Source: a virus. Taken from it: a stretch of DNA of 48,150 nucleotides. The notes beneath the pieces are model-generated. The model was not told the origin of the DNA and did no database searches. It was given only the letters and a program-made list of their open reading frames with translations. Each line of letters opens with the position of its first letter. Position 1 is the stretch's first letter. Of the stretch, positions 23,853-32,899 are shown in pieces. A program made the position numbers and the translations under genes. The stretch is from positions 1 through 48,150 of IMG/VR virus record IMGVR_UViG_3300000115_000002. One strand, given 5' to 3'.

Positions 23853-23948
23853 GAAAAAAATAATATAGATCTTATAAGACCTTTAGAACCTTATAAGATT
23901 TATATCTTACCATGAATTTTAATAATGTTCAACGCTTTCGGAGGCGAT

Positions 23949-24560
23949 ATGACAATAAAATTATCTAAAACAAAAAAAATGCCAGCTAAATCTTGGTCAA
24001 TTCCTGCAATTAAAACATGCCCAGCGGCTATTGATACTGAAACTGGAGGGCTTGTAGAGTTATGTAAAGATTGTTATGCGACTAAAGGGTTTTACAATAT
24101 GCCCAATGTTAAAGATATTAGGGAGCATAACATGAAAGATTGGAAGCGCGATGAATGGGAAGATGAAATGGTAGATTTAATATCAGAAGAAAAATACTTT
24201 AGGTGGCTCGATAGTGGCGACATGTACACAGTTAAATTAGCAACTAAATTTCACAATGTCATCAAGAGAACTTCCAACTGTAAACACTGGCTCCCTACAA
24301 GAATGTATAAGTTTAATAAGTTTAAAGATATCCTGGGTAAAATAAATAAACTTTCTAATGTAGCTTTAAGATTGTCTAGCGATTCTCTGAAAGGTGCAAA
24401 GATAAATATGAAAGGATTCACTACAACCACAGTAGTTCCTAAAGGTACAATAGCTGTGAAAGATGCATGGCTCTGTCCAGCCAGTAACAATAATGGGAAG
24501 TGTGGCGATTGCAGAGTATGCTGGGACAAAGATATAACAGTAGCCTACATACACCATTAA
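23949..24560 (+). CDS. Cys-rich protein (203 aa), reminiscent of the phage GP88 family
   Basis: WSIPAIKTCPAA...LCKDCYATKGFY and the C-terminal CPAS..GKCGDCRVCW. RBS ttcggaggcgatATG. Confidence 0.35.
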   Translation: MTIKLSKTKKMPAKSWSIPAIKTCPAAIDTETGGLVELCKDCYATKGFYNMPNVKDIREHNMKDWKRDEWEDEMVDLISEEKYFRWLDSGDMYTVKLATKFHNVIKRTSNCKHWLPTRMYKFNKFKDILGKINKLSNVALRLSSDSLKGAKINMKGFTTTTVVPKGTIAVKDAWLCPASNNNGKCGDCRVCWDKDITVAYIHH

Positions 24561-24580
24561 ATACCATGCAGGTAACTGGG

Positions 24581-24608
24581 TTGACATCGTTTTTCGATCT
24601 GCTAGAGT
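24581..24608 (+). promoter_or_regulatory. Sigma70-type promoter with extended -10
   Basis: TTGACA (24581-24586), 16 nt, TGcTAGAGT (-10 at 24603-24608). Confidence 0.55.
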
Positions 24609-24651
24609 GGCCCTGCCATCTGGCGAAACTAATTAACTTTCGGAGTTTTAT

Positions 24652-25614
24652 ATGACTATAGTATCTTTGTTTGACAATTCAAAAGAAATTAATGTATTAC
24701 GTGATAGTGGTTACGGTGCTGCTAACTTTGATATTTTTGAAGCACCAATAAGTTATACTGTTCCTGCACACTCCTTTGTTCCAAGGGATGAAGAACATTT
24801 AATACCCGATCAGAAAGCATTATATCGAAGTGACAATCAACAATTTTTAGGAATGCATAGCAGAAAATATCAAACAGTTTCTCATAAGTCTATGATTGAT
24901 ACTTCAAGATCAGTATTAGAAAGAAGCGAATTAATATTAGACGGTGTGACCGAAGAGATCAGAGTAAATGAAACTGGGACAATGTGCTTTGTTCAACACA
25001 ATATTCCTAATCATTGTGTAACTACTCCTGATGGAGATACTTCATCACTTCAATTACTACATATTAATTCTACTAATGGTATATGGCCTTATCAAGGATC
25101 AGTAGGTACATTGCAATCTGCTTGTTTAAACCATCAAGTATTCTTAACAGGGACTGCTGGTATCTACAAGGCAAGGCATACTAACGCTTTGAATATTAAT
25201 CACGGTGCAAATTTAATTAGTAAGACAGTGCATACCATGATTAATCAAAATAAAGTATGGCATCAATGGTATAATACTAAATCAACAGAGACTGAGGCGG
25301 TTAAATTATATTGTGAAGCCGCTAATTTAAATTCTCTTTTAAAGATGACTGATCAAGAAAGATCAGAGCATCTTATGCTGGGAGAAAAGATTAATTCTAA
25401 CTTGACTTACATGCTTCAGAAGCATAGATTTTATCAAGATACTCTTGGCAAAAACATGTGGGCTGTGTATAATACACTCACTGATTGGTCAACGCATTTT
25501 GGTAAAGAAGACAGTAAAACTACTAGAAAAAATGCCGCTGATGCTAATACTAAATTTATTAAAAGGAATGAAAACGTAAGAAATGTGCTTAAACATTTCC
25601 CTATTGCGGCATAG
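24652..25614 (+). CDS. DUF932-like phage/plasmid protein (320 aa)
   Basis: The pattern ALYRSDNQQFLGMHSRKYQTVSH resembles DUF932. This call is from memory only. Confidence 0.4.
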   Translation: MTIVSLFDNSKEINVLRDSGYGAANFDIFEAPISYTVPAHSFVPRDEEHLIPDQKALYRSDNQQFLGMHSRKYQTVSHKSMIDTSRSVLERSELILDGVTEEIRVNETGTMCFVQHNIPNHCVTTPDGDTSSLQLLHINSTNGIWPYQGSVGTLQSACLNHQVFLTGTAGIYKARHTNALNINHGANLISKTVHTMINQNKVWHQWYNTKSTETEAVKLYCEAANLNSLLKMTDQERSEHLMLGEKINSNLTYMLQKHRFYQDTLGKNMWAVYNTLTDWSTHFGKEDSKTTRKNAADANTKFIKRNENVRNVLKHFPIAA

Positions 25615-25682
25615 TATATACCTCCGACTACCTGAGCATGTAGAGAAACTGCTTACCTTTAATATATTATTAGGAGAAGTAT

Positions 25683-25847
25683 ATGGTTTATGAATGTACA
25701 TTAGATTTAGGTACAACTCACCCAGTTCGTGAAGCAAGAAATGAAGAAGAGTTTATTGAAAATTTAATTGCTGAATATAACTCTCAATGCGATGGTCTAT
25801 TTGACATCAGGCGAGAAGATATTTCAAACATTAGGGATGTATTATGA
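25683..25847 (+). CDS. Small hypothetical protein (54 aa)
   Basis: My translation is MVYECTLDLGTTHPVREARNEEEFIENLIAEYNSQCDGLFDIRREDISNIRDVL. It has an AGGAGA RBS and an ATGA overlap with the next gene. It is below the track cutoff. Confidence 0.55.
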   Translation: MVYECTLDLGTTHPVREARNEEEFIENLIAEYNSQCDGLFDIRREDISNIRDVL

Positions 25848-26065
25848 GTCGTACAGATACAAAAGAAGAATTTTATACTGAACTTGACGATTGGTGGGGT
25901 CAGTTATGGGGTAATAGAATATGTGCTTCACCTCCCAATCAAAGAATAAAAGAAAAATTCTTTTATTATGTATGGCAAAAAGCTAGTGACGCAGAGTTTA
26001 AAATCAACGATGAAGATATATGTAATTTATTTTCTGGTTTCCTTAACAAACTAGGAGAACAGTAA
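25844..26065 (+). CDS. Hypothetical protein (73 aa)
   Basis: Translationally coupled ORF. Confidence 0.5.
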   Translation: MSRTDTKEEFYTELDDWWGQLWGNRICASPPNQRIKEKFFYYVWQKASDAEFKINDEDICNLFSGFLNKLGEQ

Positions 26066-26349
26066 TGATTACAGAAGATATCCTGGAATTAAAAGATAAA
26101 CTTTTAAACCCTAAGCGAGGCGACAAGTATACTACTTGGTATTATCTAGATGGCTGGAGGCTCTGCGACATTGTAGTAGGTAACAAAAAGTGTACAGTTA
26201 AACCTACTGTAAGAGGTAAAGGCTTAACGCTTTCTAGAACTGCATTAAAAAGAGAACTTGAAAGTGTTTATTGGTATGCTGCAAAGAATAAAGCAACGCC
26301 GATAGACGGTACAAAAAGATCTAAAAGATGGCAAGTTGATTTCGCTTGA
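26065..26349 (+). CDS. Hypothetical protein (94 aa)
   Basis: TAATG-coupled ORF. Confidence 0.5.
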   Translation: MITEDILELKDKLLNPKRGDKYTTWYYLDGWRLCDIVVGNKKCTVKPTVRGKGLTLSRTALKRELESVYWYAAKNKATPIDGTKRSKRWQVDFA

Positions 26350-26374
26350 CGGATCTACCAGCGTTTGTTAAAAT
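26346..26374 (+). promoter_or_regulatory. Sigma70-type promoter with extended -10 upstream of the SSB/replication genes
   Basis: TTGACG (26346-26351), 17 nt, TGtTAAAAT (-10 at 26369-26374). Confidence 0.65.
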
Positions 26375-26406
26375 TTAAGACACATAAACAGCGGAGAAAT
26401 AGAAGT

Positions 26407-26829
26407 ATGGTAATAGAAGGTGTAGCTTATTGGGCAAGTGTTACTTCACCGAACACTACATTTGAACCTTGTTATACTGTTAATTTAGTTATTAATGGTG
26501 ATGATGCGGATCGTCTTAGATCTGAGGGTATCAAGGTAGTTGATAAGGAAGAAGGCCCTACAGTAGTAGTAAAGCGTAAGGTCAATGGGCCTAATGGTAT
26601 GATTCGTAAAGCCCCTAAGCTGATTGATCGTAATCGTGAGAACCTTAACTGTAAGATCGGCAACGGTTCTAAAGTTAAAGTTCAATACAAACCTTGGGAA
26701 GTTGAACGTAATGGTCAGAGTTATAAAGGCTTAGACTTTCAAGGTATGCAAGTTCTTGATCTTGTCACATATAATATGGATGGCGATGAGTTTGACATAG
26801 AAAGTGATGATGAGGAGATGGAACTGTGA
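26407..26829 (+). CDS. ssDNA-binding protein, T7 gp2.5-like (140 aa)
   Basis: GNGSKVKVQYKPWEV...GLDFQGMQVLDLV parallels T7 gp2.5 GGGSKLKVKY...VKLQLESVMLVEL. It has an acidic C-terminal tail DGDEFDIESDDEEMEL. RBS gcggagaaatagaagtATG. Confidence 0.7.
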   Translation: MVIEGVAYWASVTSPNTTFEPCYTVNLVINGDDADRLRSEGIKVVDKEEGPTVVVKRKVNGPNGMIRKAPKLIDRNRENLNCKIGNGSKVKVQYKPWEVERNGQSYKGLDFQGMQVLDLVTYNMDGDEFDIESDDEEMEL

Positions 26830-27062
26830 CAGGTCAAACTGTTACAATAGATAGTAAGACTTATGATTTTGATTGTTTAGATGAGAAGTCTAAAGACTAT
26901 ATTCTTATGATCACTGAGATCAAAAGAGAACTTAATGACTTAGCTAGAAAAGGAAAGATATTAAAAGCTGGGGAGTTAAAGCTCACTGAGGATCTAGGCA
27001 AGTGGCTTGCTGAAAAACAAATAAAATCGATAAATATTACTGAACCAGAAACGGGGCCTTAA
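26826..27062 (+). CDS. Hypothetical protein (78 aa)
   Basis: ORF ending inside the terminator hairpin. Confidence 0.5.
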   Translation: MTGQTVTIDSKTYDFDCLDEKSKDYILMITEIKRELNDLARKGKILKAGELKLTEDLGKWLAEKQIKSINITEPETGP

Positions 27063-27078
27063 CAAAGGCCCTTTTTTT
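27054..27078 (+). terminator. Rho-independent terminator
   Basis: GGGCCTT-AACA-AAGGCCC followed by T7. Confidence 0.8.
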
Positions 27079-27091
27079 CATCGGAGGAAAA

Positions 27092-28759
27092 ATGGTAGAG
27101 AAAAGACACTTTGTAGAATATCACAAACCTTGCAGGGTATGTGGTAGCAGCGATGCAGTTAGCATTAACAATGATGATACGGCTCGTTGTTTTAGTTGTG
27201 AACATTGGTTCTCATCCTACAGTGGAGAAGATAAAGTGAAAGATTTTCAAACGCACCAACGTAACACCAAAGAAACTTCTGGCTTTAAGATGGAAGGAAC
27301 ATTTCAAAAGCTAACTGATCGTAACATTTCAGAAAGTACGGCTAGAAAGTACGGAGTAAAATCTGAGTACGCATCTTCAAATAACTCAGGGAACAAACAC
27401 TATTACCCTTACTATATTGCTAATGAAGTAGCAGGGACTAAAGTTCGCAAGTGTGATACTAAAGAGTTTACTTGGATAGGATCTCCTAAAGGTGTAATGC
27501 TTTTTGGTCAACAACTATTCCAAAAAGGTGGCAAGTTCCTTACGATATGTGAGGGAGAGTGTGACGCAATGGCTGCTCACGAAATGATGGATTCAAAATG
27601 GCCTGTTGTTTCAGTAAAGAATGGCATACAAGGTGCGCTCAAAGACATCAAAGAGAATTTAGAATTCGTAGAATCATTTGATAATGTAGTAATAAACTTT
27701 GACAATGATTCTTTAGGAAAGAAAAAAGCAATTGAAGTAGCTGATTTAATATCACCAGGTAAAGCTAGAATAGTTTCTTTATCTGATGAGTTTAAAGATG
27801 CTAATGATATGCTTAGAAACAATAGAAGAGATGCATACAAAGCAGTATGGTGGAGTGCTAAGTCTTATACTCCTGCTGGCGTACTAAATATTTCTGACAT
27901 GAAAGATGAATACTTTACTCGCAAAGAGATGAAGTCTATTCCTTATCCTTGGCAAGGACTAAATGAAAAACTATTTGGGCTTAGGCAAGGCGAATTAGTT
28001 ACCTTGACAGGCGGTACAGGCTTAGGTAAATCATCTGTAACAAGAGAGCTAGAACATTTTATACTTAAAAATACTAGTGATAACTTAGGTATTCTTGCAC
28101 TAGAAGAAAACTGGCAAAGAACAGTAGACGGTTTGCTATCTATTGAGGCTAACTCTAGGCTTTACATCAAGCAGATACGAGAGTCTTTCTCTCAAGAAAA
28201 ACTAAATAATTATTACGAAAGTCTTTACGGTAAGGATGGCGAGAACAGGCTATGGGTACACTCACATTTAGGTGAGCATAACGTAGAAGAACTTTTCTCA
28301 AAGATACGTTATATGGTTCAAGGGTTAGATTGCAAATGGATTATTGTTGATCACCTTGGAATGATGACTTCTGCATTAGCGGAGGGAGATGAGCGCAGAG
28401 CCATTGATAATATTATGACTAGGCTTAGATCGTTAGTAGAAGAAACTGGTGCTGGTCTAATACTGGTATCACATCTTAGAAGAATAGATGGTAACAAAGG
28501 GCATGAGCAAGGTGCTGAAGTATCTCTTGCACACCTCAGAGGTTCTAATGGTATTAGTCAGATAAGTGATTGTGTCATTGCTCTTGAACGTAATCAACAG
28601 TCTGATGATGCAGTAGAAGCCGCCACTACAAAACTAAGAATTCTTAAATCTAGATACACTGGAGAGGTTGGATTAGCTGGAGCATTGCATTATAATAAAG
28701 AAACAGGGAGGCTTAGTGAAGTCTTTAATTACGAAGATGGCGAGGAGGTAGAGCTTTGA
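27092..28759 (+). CDS. Bifunctional primase-helicase, T7 gp4-like (555 aa)
   Basis: Zn finger CRVCGSSD...CFSCEHW, TOPRIM EGECDAMA...NFDNDSLG, and the DnaB-type Walker A TGGTGLGKSS. Confidence 0.95.
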   Translation: MVEKRHFVEYHKPCRVCGSSDAVSINNDDTARCFSCEHWFSSYSGEDKVKDFQTHQRNTKETSGFKMEGTFQKLTDRNISESTARKYGVKSEYASSNNSGNKHYYPYYIANEVAGTKVRKCDTKEFTWIGSPKGVMLFGQQLFQKGGKFLTICEGECDAMAAHEMMDSKWPVVSVKNGIQGALKDIKENLEFVESFDNVVINFDNDSLGKKKAIEVADLISPGKARIVSLSDEFKDANDMLRNNRRDAYKAVWWSAKSYTPAGVLNISDMKDEYFTRKEMKSIPYPWQGLNEKLFGLRQGELVTLTGGTGLGKSSVTRELEHFILKNTSDNLGILALEENWQRTVDGLLSIEANSRLYIKQIRESFSQEKLNNYYESLYGKDGENRLWVHSHLGEHNVEELFSKIRYMVQGLDCKWIIVDHLGMMTSALAEGDERRAIDNIMTRLRSLVEETGAGLILVSHLRRIDGNKGHEQGAEVSLAHLRGSNGISQISDCVIALERNQQSDDAVEAATTKLRILKSRYTGEVGLAGALHYNKETGRLSEVFNYEDGEEVEL

Positions 28760-30525
28760 AACAATTAGTTTTCGATATCGAAACTGATGATGTTAAAGCA
28801 ACAAAGATATGGTGTATATGTTGTATTGACATTGATACTAATCAAGAATATTCATTCACTCCTGACAACTTGGAGGCTGGCTATGAGTTATTAAAGTCAG
28901 CCGATAAACTTATAGGACATAACATCATTGGCTTTGATGTCCCAGTAATCGAGCAATTGGTCGGTGTATCTTTATGGGATAAAAAGTTAGTAGATACTCT
29001 GGTTCTTTCTAGACTGTTTAATCCTGTACGTGAAGGTAATCATGGCTTAGAGAAATGGGGATACGATTTAGGAAGTCCTAAAATAGATTTTAGTGAATAC
29101 GGTACTTACTCTGCTGAGATGTTGAAGTATTGTATGCAAGATGTCAGGCTTAATGCAAAGGTATTTACTGCTCTCAAGGCTGAAAGCAAAGGCTTTTCTC
29201 CTAAGAGTGTTGAAATAGAAATGGAAACTTATAAGATAATTTCTGCTCAGAGACAGAAAGGATTCTTATTAGATGTTCCTTTTGCATCTAAGTTACTAGC
29301 ACAATTACAAACAAAGATGGACACGTTAGTTACTAAAGTACATGAGACATTTCAACCTAAAGAAGAAACTAAATATTTATATCCTAATGTAGGTAAATCT
29401 GGGAACCTATTAAAAACAGCAACAGATAACTTTGGTAAGAATACAAGGCTAACACCAGAAGAGTTTACTGAACTTGAAAAGTTATATAACTCAGAAGGTA
29501 AGAAAGTAAAAGTTCCTAGAGTAGAAGTAACAGAATTTAATTTAGGATCTAGGAAACAAATAGGAGAATACTTAATAGACTTTGGTTGGGAGCCTGAAGT
29601 GTTTACTCCAACAGGACAACCGCAAGTAGATGAAAAGATTTTATCTAAAGTAAAAGACATACCTGAAGCAGGACTCATATGTGATTATCTTATGTATCAA
29701 AAAAGAGTAGCACAGGTAATTTCCTGGATTGAACATGTAGAAGATGACGGTAGAGTTCATGGCTTTGTAAATACTAACGGTGCTATTACAGGTAGAATGA
29801 CTCATAGCTGGCCTAACTTAGCTCAAGTGCCTAGCTCAAACGCACCTTATGGTAAAGAGTGTAGAAGTTGTTGGACTGTTCCTAAAGGATATAACCTTGT
29901 AGGTATTGATGCTTCTCAACTAGAGCTTAGAATGTTAGCACACTATATGAACGATGAGGATTATACTAATGAAATTATTAACGGAGACATTCATACCACT
30001 AATCAAAACCTTGCAGGACTTGAATCTAGAAGTCAGGCAAAAACTTTCATATATGCACTTATATACGGAGCAGGAAACCAAAAACTTGGAGCAGTGGCTA
30101 AAGGAAGTAAAGCACTTGGAACAAAACTTAGAAAACAGTTTATTGATAATCTCCCATCATACAAGGCTCTTACAGATAGAGTTGAAAGAGCATCAGCAAA
30201 AGGTTTCCTTAAAGGGTTAGATGGTAGAAAAATTTATGTACGAACTAGACATGCTGCACTGAATAGTTTATTGCAAGGAGCAGGATCAATTTTAATGAAA
30301 CAGGCGTTAATATTATTTCAAGAATACATAAAAGAAAATAAACTTGATGCTGCTTTTGTCTGCAATGTACATGATGAATGGCAAGTAGAAGTATCTGAAA
30401 AAGATGCTGATGAAGTAGGGAAGCTAGGAGTATCCGCTTTAGTTAAAGCAGGAGAAATGCTTGATCTTAAATGTCCATTAGACGGTGATTATAATGTCGG
30501 AAGAAATTGGTCAGAAACCCATTAA
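28756..30525 (+). CDS. Family A DNA polymerase with 3'-5' exonuclease, T7 gp5-like (589 aa)
   Basis: Exo I FDIETD, motif A DASQLELR, motif B RSQAKTFIYALIYGAG (Tyr at the position equivalent to E. coli Pol I F762 / T7 Y526) and motif C NVHDEW. Confidence 0.95.
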   Translation: MKQLVFDIETDDVKATKIWCICCIDIDTNQEYSFTPDNLEAGYELLKSADKLIGHNIIGFDVPVIEQLVGVSLWDKKLVDTLVLSRLFNPVREGNHGLEKWGYDLGSPKIDFSEYGTYSAEMLKYCMQDVRLNAKVFTALKAESKGFSPKSVEIEMETYKIISAQRQKGFLLDVPFASKLLAQLQTKMDTLVTKVHETFQPKEETKYLYPNVGKSGNLLKTATDNFGKNTRLTPEEFTELEKLYNSEGKKVKVPRVEVTEFNLGSRKQIGEYLIDFGWEPEVFTPTGQPQVDEKILSKVKDIPEAGLICDYLMYQKRVAQVISWIEHVEDDGRVHGFVNTNGAITGRMTHSWPNLAQVPSSNAPYGKECRSCWTVPKGYNLVGIDASQLELRMLAHYMNDEDYTNEIINGDIHTTNQNLAGLESRSQAKTFIYALIYGAGNQKLGAVAKGSKALGTKLRKQFIDNLPSYKALTDRVERASAKGFLKGLDGRKIYVRTRHAALNSLLQGAGSILMKQALILFQEYIKENKLDAAFVCNVHDEWQVEVSEKDADEVGKLGVSALVKAGEMLDLKCPLDGDYNVGRNWSETH

Positions 30526-30943
30526 CAATCCTGAACAATTAATATTATTTGAAGAAGAAGAAGTAACTACAAATAATAGAAGTTCTAGAAGGTTATGTAA
30601 TAAATGTAATGGTTGGTTGCCTATAAGCGCATTTGGTAATGCAAGTGGAGGAAACTATTTAAGAAGAGAATGTAAGCAATGTAATAAAGAATTAAAAAAG
30701 GTTAGAGATAAATTAAGATTAGAACATGAAGCTCCTCCTAAAGAATATACATGTCCTATTTGTTTGGGAACAGAAAAAGAAGTAGAAGGAATGGGAGGAC
30801 ATTCTTCTGGAACTTGGGTGTTAGATCACTGCCATGAAAAGAAATCCTTTAGAGGATGGCTTTGCCATAAATGCAACAGGGCATTAGGCGGGTTTAACGA
30901 TAATAAAAATTACTTAAAAAGGGCGATAGAATATCTTGGCTAA
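30494..30943 (+). CDS. Recombination endonuclease VII-like protein
   Basis: CPIC...VLDHCHEKKSFRGWLCHKCNRALGGFND matches the Endo VII signature (DH.H..G..RG.LC..CN..LG). Confidence 0.85.
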   Translation: MSEEIGQKPINNPEQLILFEEEEVTTNNRSSRRLCNKCNGWLPISAFGNASGGNYLRRECKQCNKELKKVRDKLRLEHEAPPKEYTCPICLGTEKEVEGMGGHSSGTWVLDHCHEKKSFRGWLCHKCNRALGGFNDNKNYLKRAIEYLG

Positions 30944-31787
30944 TTTAAATACATTGATAGAAGACATTTATAATACAATCGGATCTATATCTGAAGGAAA
31001 AGATTTAGATATTCCTGAAGAAATAGCAGAAGACTTTGGTAGGCGTATGAAAGAAGCCTTGCTTCATTGGTCAACTCCTAAGAAACAAGTCAAAGGTTTG
31101 CGTATGAGTAATATAGGTAAACCAGGAAGACAACTATGGTATGAGCAAAGAGATGATCAAAACAGAAATAAAATATCATCTCCTGTAATGATAAAATTTT
31201 TATATGGACATCTATTAGAAGAAGTCCTTTTGCTTTTTGTTAAGTTGTCAGGACATGAAGTGACCGATGAACAAAAAGAAATTAAAGTTGAAGGCATCAC
31301 TGGACACATGGACTGTAAGATTGACGGTGAAGTGGTAGATATAAAAACAGCTTCTGGTAGGTCGTTCAGTAAATTCATAACTGGATCTTTAGCCGAAGAC
31401 GATCCGTTTGGATACATAGCCCAGTTGTGTGGTTACGAACAAGCCGAAGGTACGGACAAAGGAGGTTTTCTTGCAATCAATAAAGAAACAGGAGAGCTTG
31501 CTTTATATACTCCTGAAGAACTAGATAAAATAAATATTAAATCTAGAATAATAAAAACTAAAAAGATGCTTGAAATTGACAGCCCTCCTGCTCGATGTTA
31601 TAGTGAAGAACCTGATGGAAAGAGTGGCAATTTTAAAATAAATAAAAATTGTTACTACTGTCCTTATAAATTTGAATGTTACTCAGACGCTAACGAAGGT
31701 AAAGGATTACGAACATTTACCTACGCTAGAGGCCCTGTGTATCTTACAAAAGTAAACAAACTTCCTAGAGTTGATGAGGTAGCGTGA
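30936..31787 (+). CDS. PD-(D/E)XK nuclease with a C-terminal Cys cluster (283 aa), the likely replication/recombination exonuclease
   Basis: GHMDCKIDGEVVDIKTAS fits the D...(D/E)xK pattern. The C-terminus has C-x17-C-x2-C-x5-C (CYSEE...NCYYCPYKFEC). Confidence 0.55.
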   Translation: MANLNTLIEDIYNTIGSISEGKDLDIPEEIAEDFGRRMKEALLHWSTPKKQVKGLRMSNIGKPGRQLWYEQRDDQNRNKISSPVMIKFLYGHLLEEVLLLFVKLSGHEVTDEQKEIKVEGITGHMDCKIDGEVVDIKTASGRSFSKFITGSLAEDDPFGYIAQLCGYEQAEGTDKGGFLAINKETGELALYTPEELDKINIKSRIIKTKKMLEIDSPPARCYSEEPDGKSGNFKINKNCYYCPYKFECYSDANEGKGLRTFTYARGPVYLTKVNKLPRVDEVA

Positions 31788-32056
31788 ATAGAAAAGTATA
31801 TAAGAAAGTCAGGCGACATGCTGAATCTATACTATTAGATTGGGTTAAATCGTTATCAACTGAAGAAGAAATTACATCAGTTAATATAAAAGATTACTTA
31901 CCTAAACATGGTTACATACCAATAGAGCAAGGTAATAAAGTAAATTTTTATACTGAAAGATGGGCAGTAAGAGAAGTAAAGAAGTTAGTTTTAAAAGGAC
32001 ATATTCTTAACGACATAACCATGAGAGACTTAGAATCAGCACAAAAAAGAAAGTAA
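31784..32056 (+). CDS. Hypothetical protein (90 aa)
   Basis: ORF. Its stop TAA at 32054-32056 overlaps the ATA at 32056. Confidence 0.5.
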   Translation: MNRKVYKKVRRHAESILLDWVKSLSTEEEITSVNIKDYLPKHGYIPIEQGNKVNFYTERWAVREVKKLVLKGHILNDITMRDLESAQKRK

Positions 32057-32532
32057 TAGTTAAAGCGAGGCGCAGAAAACCTAGAGTTAAACGCCCCTAC
32101 TTAAAATACAAAGGCTATGATTCAATATGGGAAGCAGTATTACATGAATCAATTTTAAAAGATTGGACTCATCATACTAATAAAATTCCTTACGTTGTAG
32201 AGCATACATATGAACCAGACTTTGTACGAAAACTTGAGAACAAAATTATTCTTTTAGAATCTAAAGGGAGGTTTTGGGATCACGCTGAGTACAGTAAATA
32301 TATATGGGTTAAAAAGAATCTACCTGCCAACTATGAATTAGTTTTTTTATTTGCTAATCCTTCTGCTGCAATGCCAGGAGCAAAGCGCAGGAAAGATGGA
32401 ACTAAAAGAAGTCATGGTGAGTGGGCATCAGCTAATGATTTTAGATGGTTCAGTGAAGATAGCATACCAGATTCTTGGATTGATCCTGAAGCTAGAGAAA
32501 TACAAGATAAACTAGACTTGGAGATAGAATGA
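32056..32532 (+). CDS. T7 endonuclease I (gp3)-like Holliday-junction resolvase. It has no canonical start codon. Coordinates assume initiation at ATA 32056.
   Basis: My translation of the frame open from 32011 to TGA 32530-32532 is ...KARRRKPRVKRPYLKYKGYDSIWEAVLHESILKDWTHHTNKIPYVVEHTYEPDFVRKLENKIILLESKGRFWDHAEYSKYIWVKKNLPANYELVFLFANPS...HGEWASANDFRWFSEDSIPDSW.... It aligns by eye with T7 gp3 (SGLEDKV, YTPDF, ETKG). It is absent from the ORF track. Confidence 0.7.
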   Translation: MVKARRRKPRVKRPYLKYKGYDSIWEAVLHESILKDWTHHTNKIPYVVEHTYEPDFVRKLENKIILLESKGRFWDHAEYSKYIWVKKNLPANYELVFLFANPSAAMPGAKRRKDGTKRSHGEWASANDFRWFSEDSIPDSWIDPEAREIQDKLDLEIE

Positions 32533-32813
32533 GTATTGATAATGCAACTCCTGAAGATTGGAATAAAGCTGCACTTAATTATGATAACGTAAACCGTCCT
32601 GAGCATTACAATAAAGGAAAGATAGAATGCATAGATGCAATAGAAGCTATGCTTAGTCCTATAGAATTTGTGGGTTATTTAAGAGGTAACTCTCAAAAAT
32701 ATCGTTGGAGAATGCCATACAAAGGAAAGGCTTTACAAGATTTAAAAAAAGCTGAGTGGTATGATAATAGATTAACTGACTACATAGAAAAAAATCCAAA
32801 TGTTGTGGAATAA
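32529..32813 (+). CDS. DUF3310-like protein (94 aa)
   Basis: VNRPEHYNKGKIECIDAIEA...GNSQKYRWR...DLKKAEWY matches the DUF3310 pattern. Confidence 0.75.
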   Translation: MSIDNATPEDWNKAALNYDNVNRPEHYNKGKIECIDAIEAMLSPIEFVGYLRGNSQKYRWRMPYKGKALQDLKKAEWYDNRLTDYIEKNPNVVE

Positions 32814-32899
32814 AAAAGCAGAAAGAAACAAAAAATATCATAAGAAAAATAAAGCTAAAACAAAAAAATATCGTGCAGAACAATTGAGGTTAAAAGAAT

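Noticed and set aside
24251-25737. Minus-strand ORFs 24251..24529, 24366..24587 and 25489..25737.
   Set aside because: They are antisense within the uniformly plus-strand early arm and overlap better-supported genes.
26472-26685. Minus-strand ORFs inside the SSB gene. Similar antisense ORFs occur at 27577..27840, 29352..29678, 31157..31417, 32412..32606, 32659..33032 and 33993..34352, with plus-strand out-of-frame ORFs at 29954..30220 and 33993..34352.
   Set aside because: They overlap strongly supported replication and RNR genes in other frames or strands.
32041-32050. Classical -1 programmed frameshift (X XXY YYZ) joining the 90-aa ORF to the Endo I frame.
   Set aside because: In the upstream zero frame the heptamer reads A AAA AGA, not a tandem-slippery site. 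A AAA AAG is in phase with the downstream frame instead. It is kept only as a minor alternative (P-site slip or homopolymer indel).
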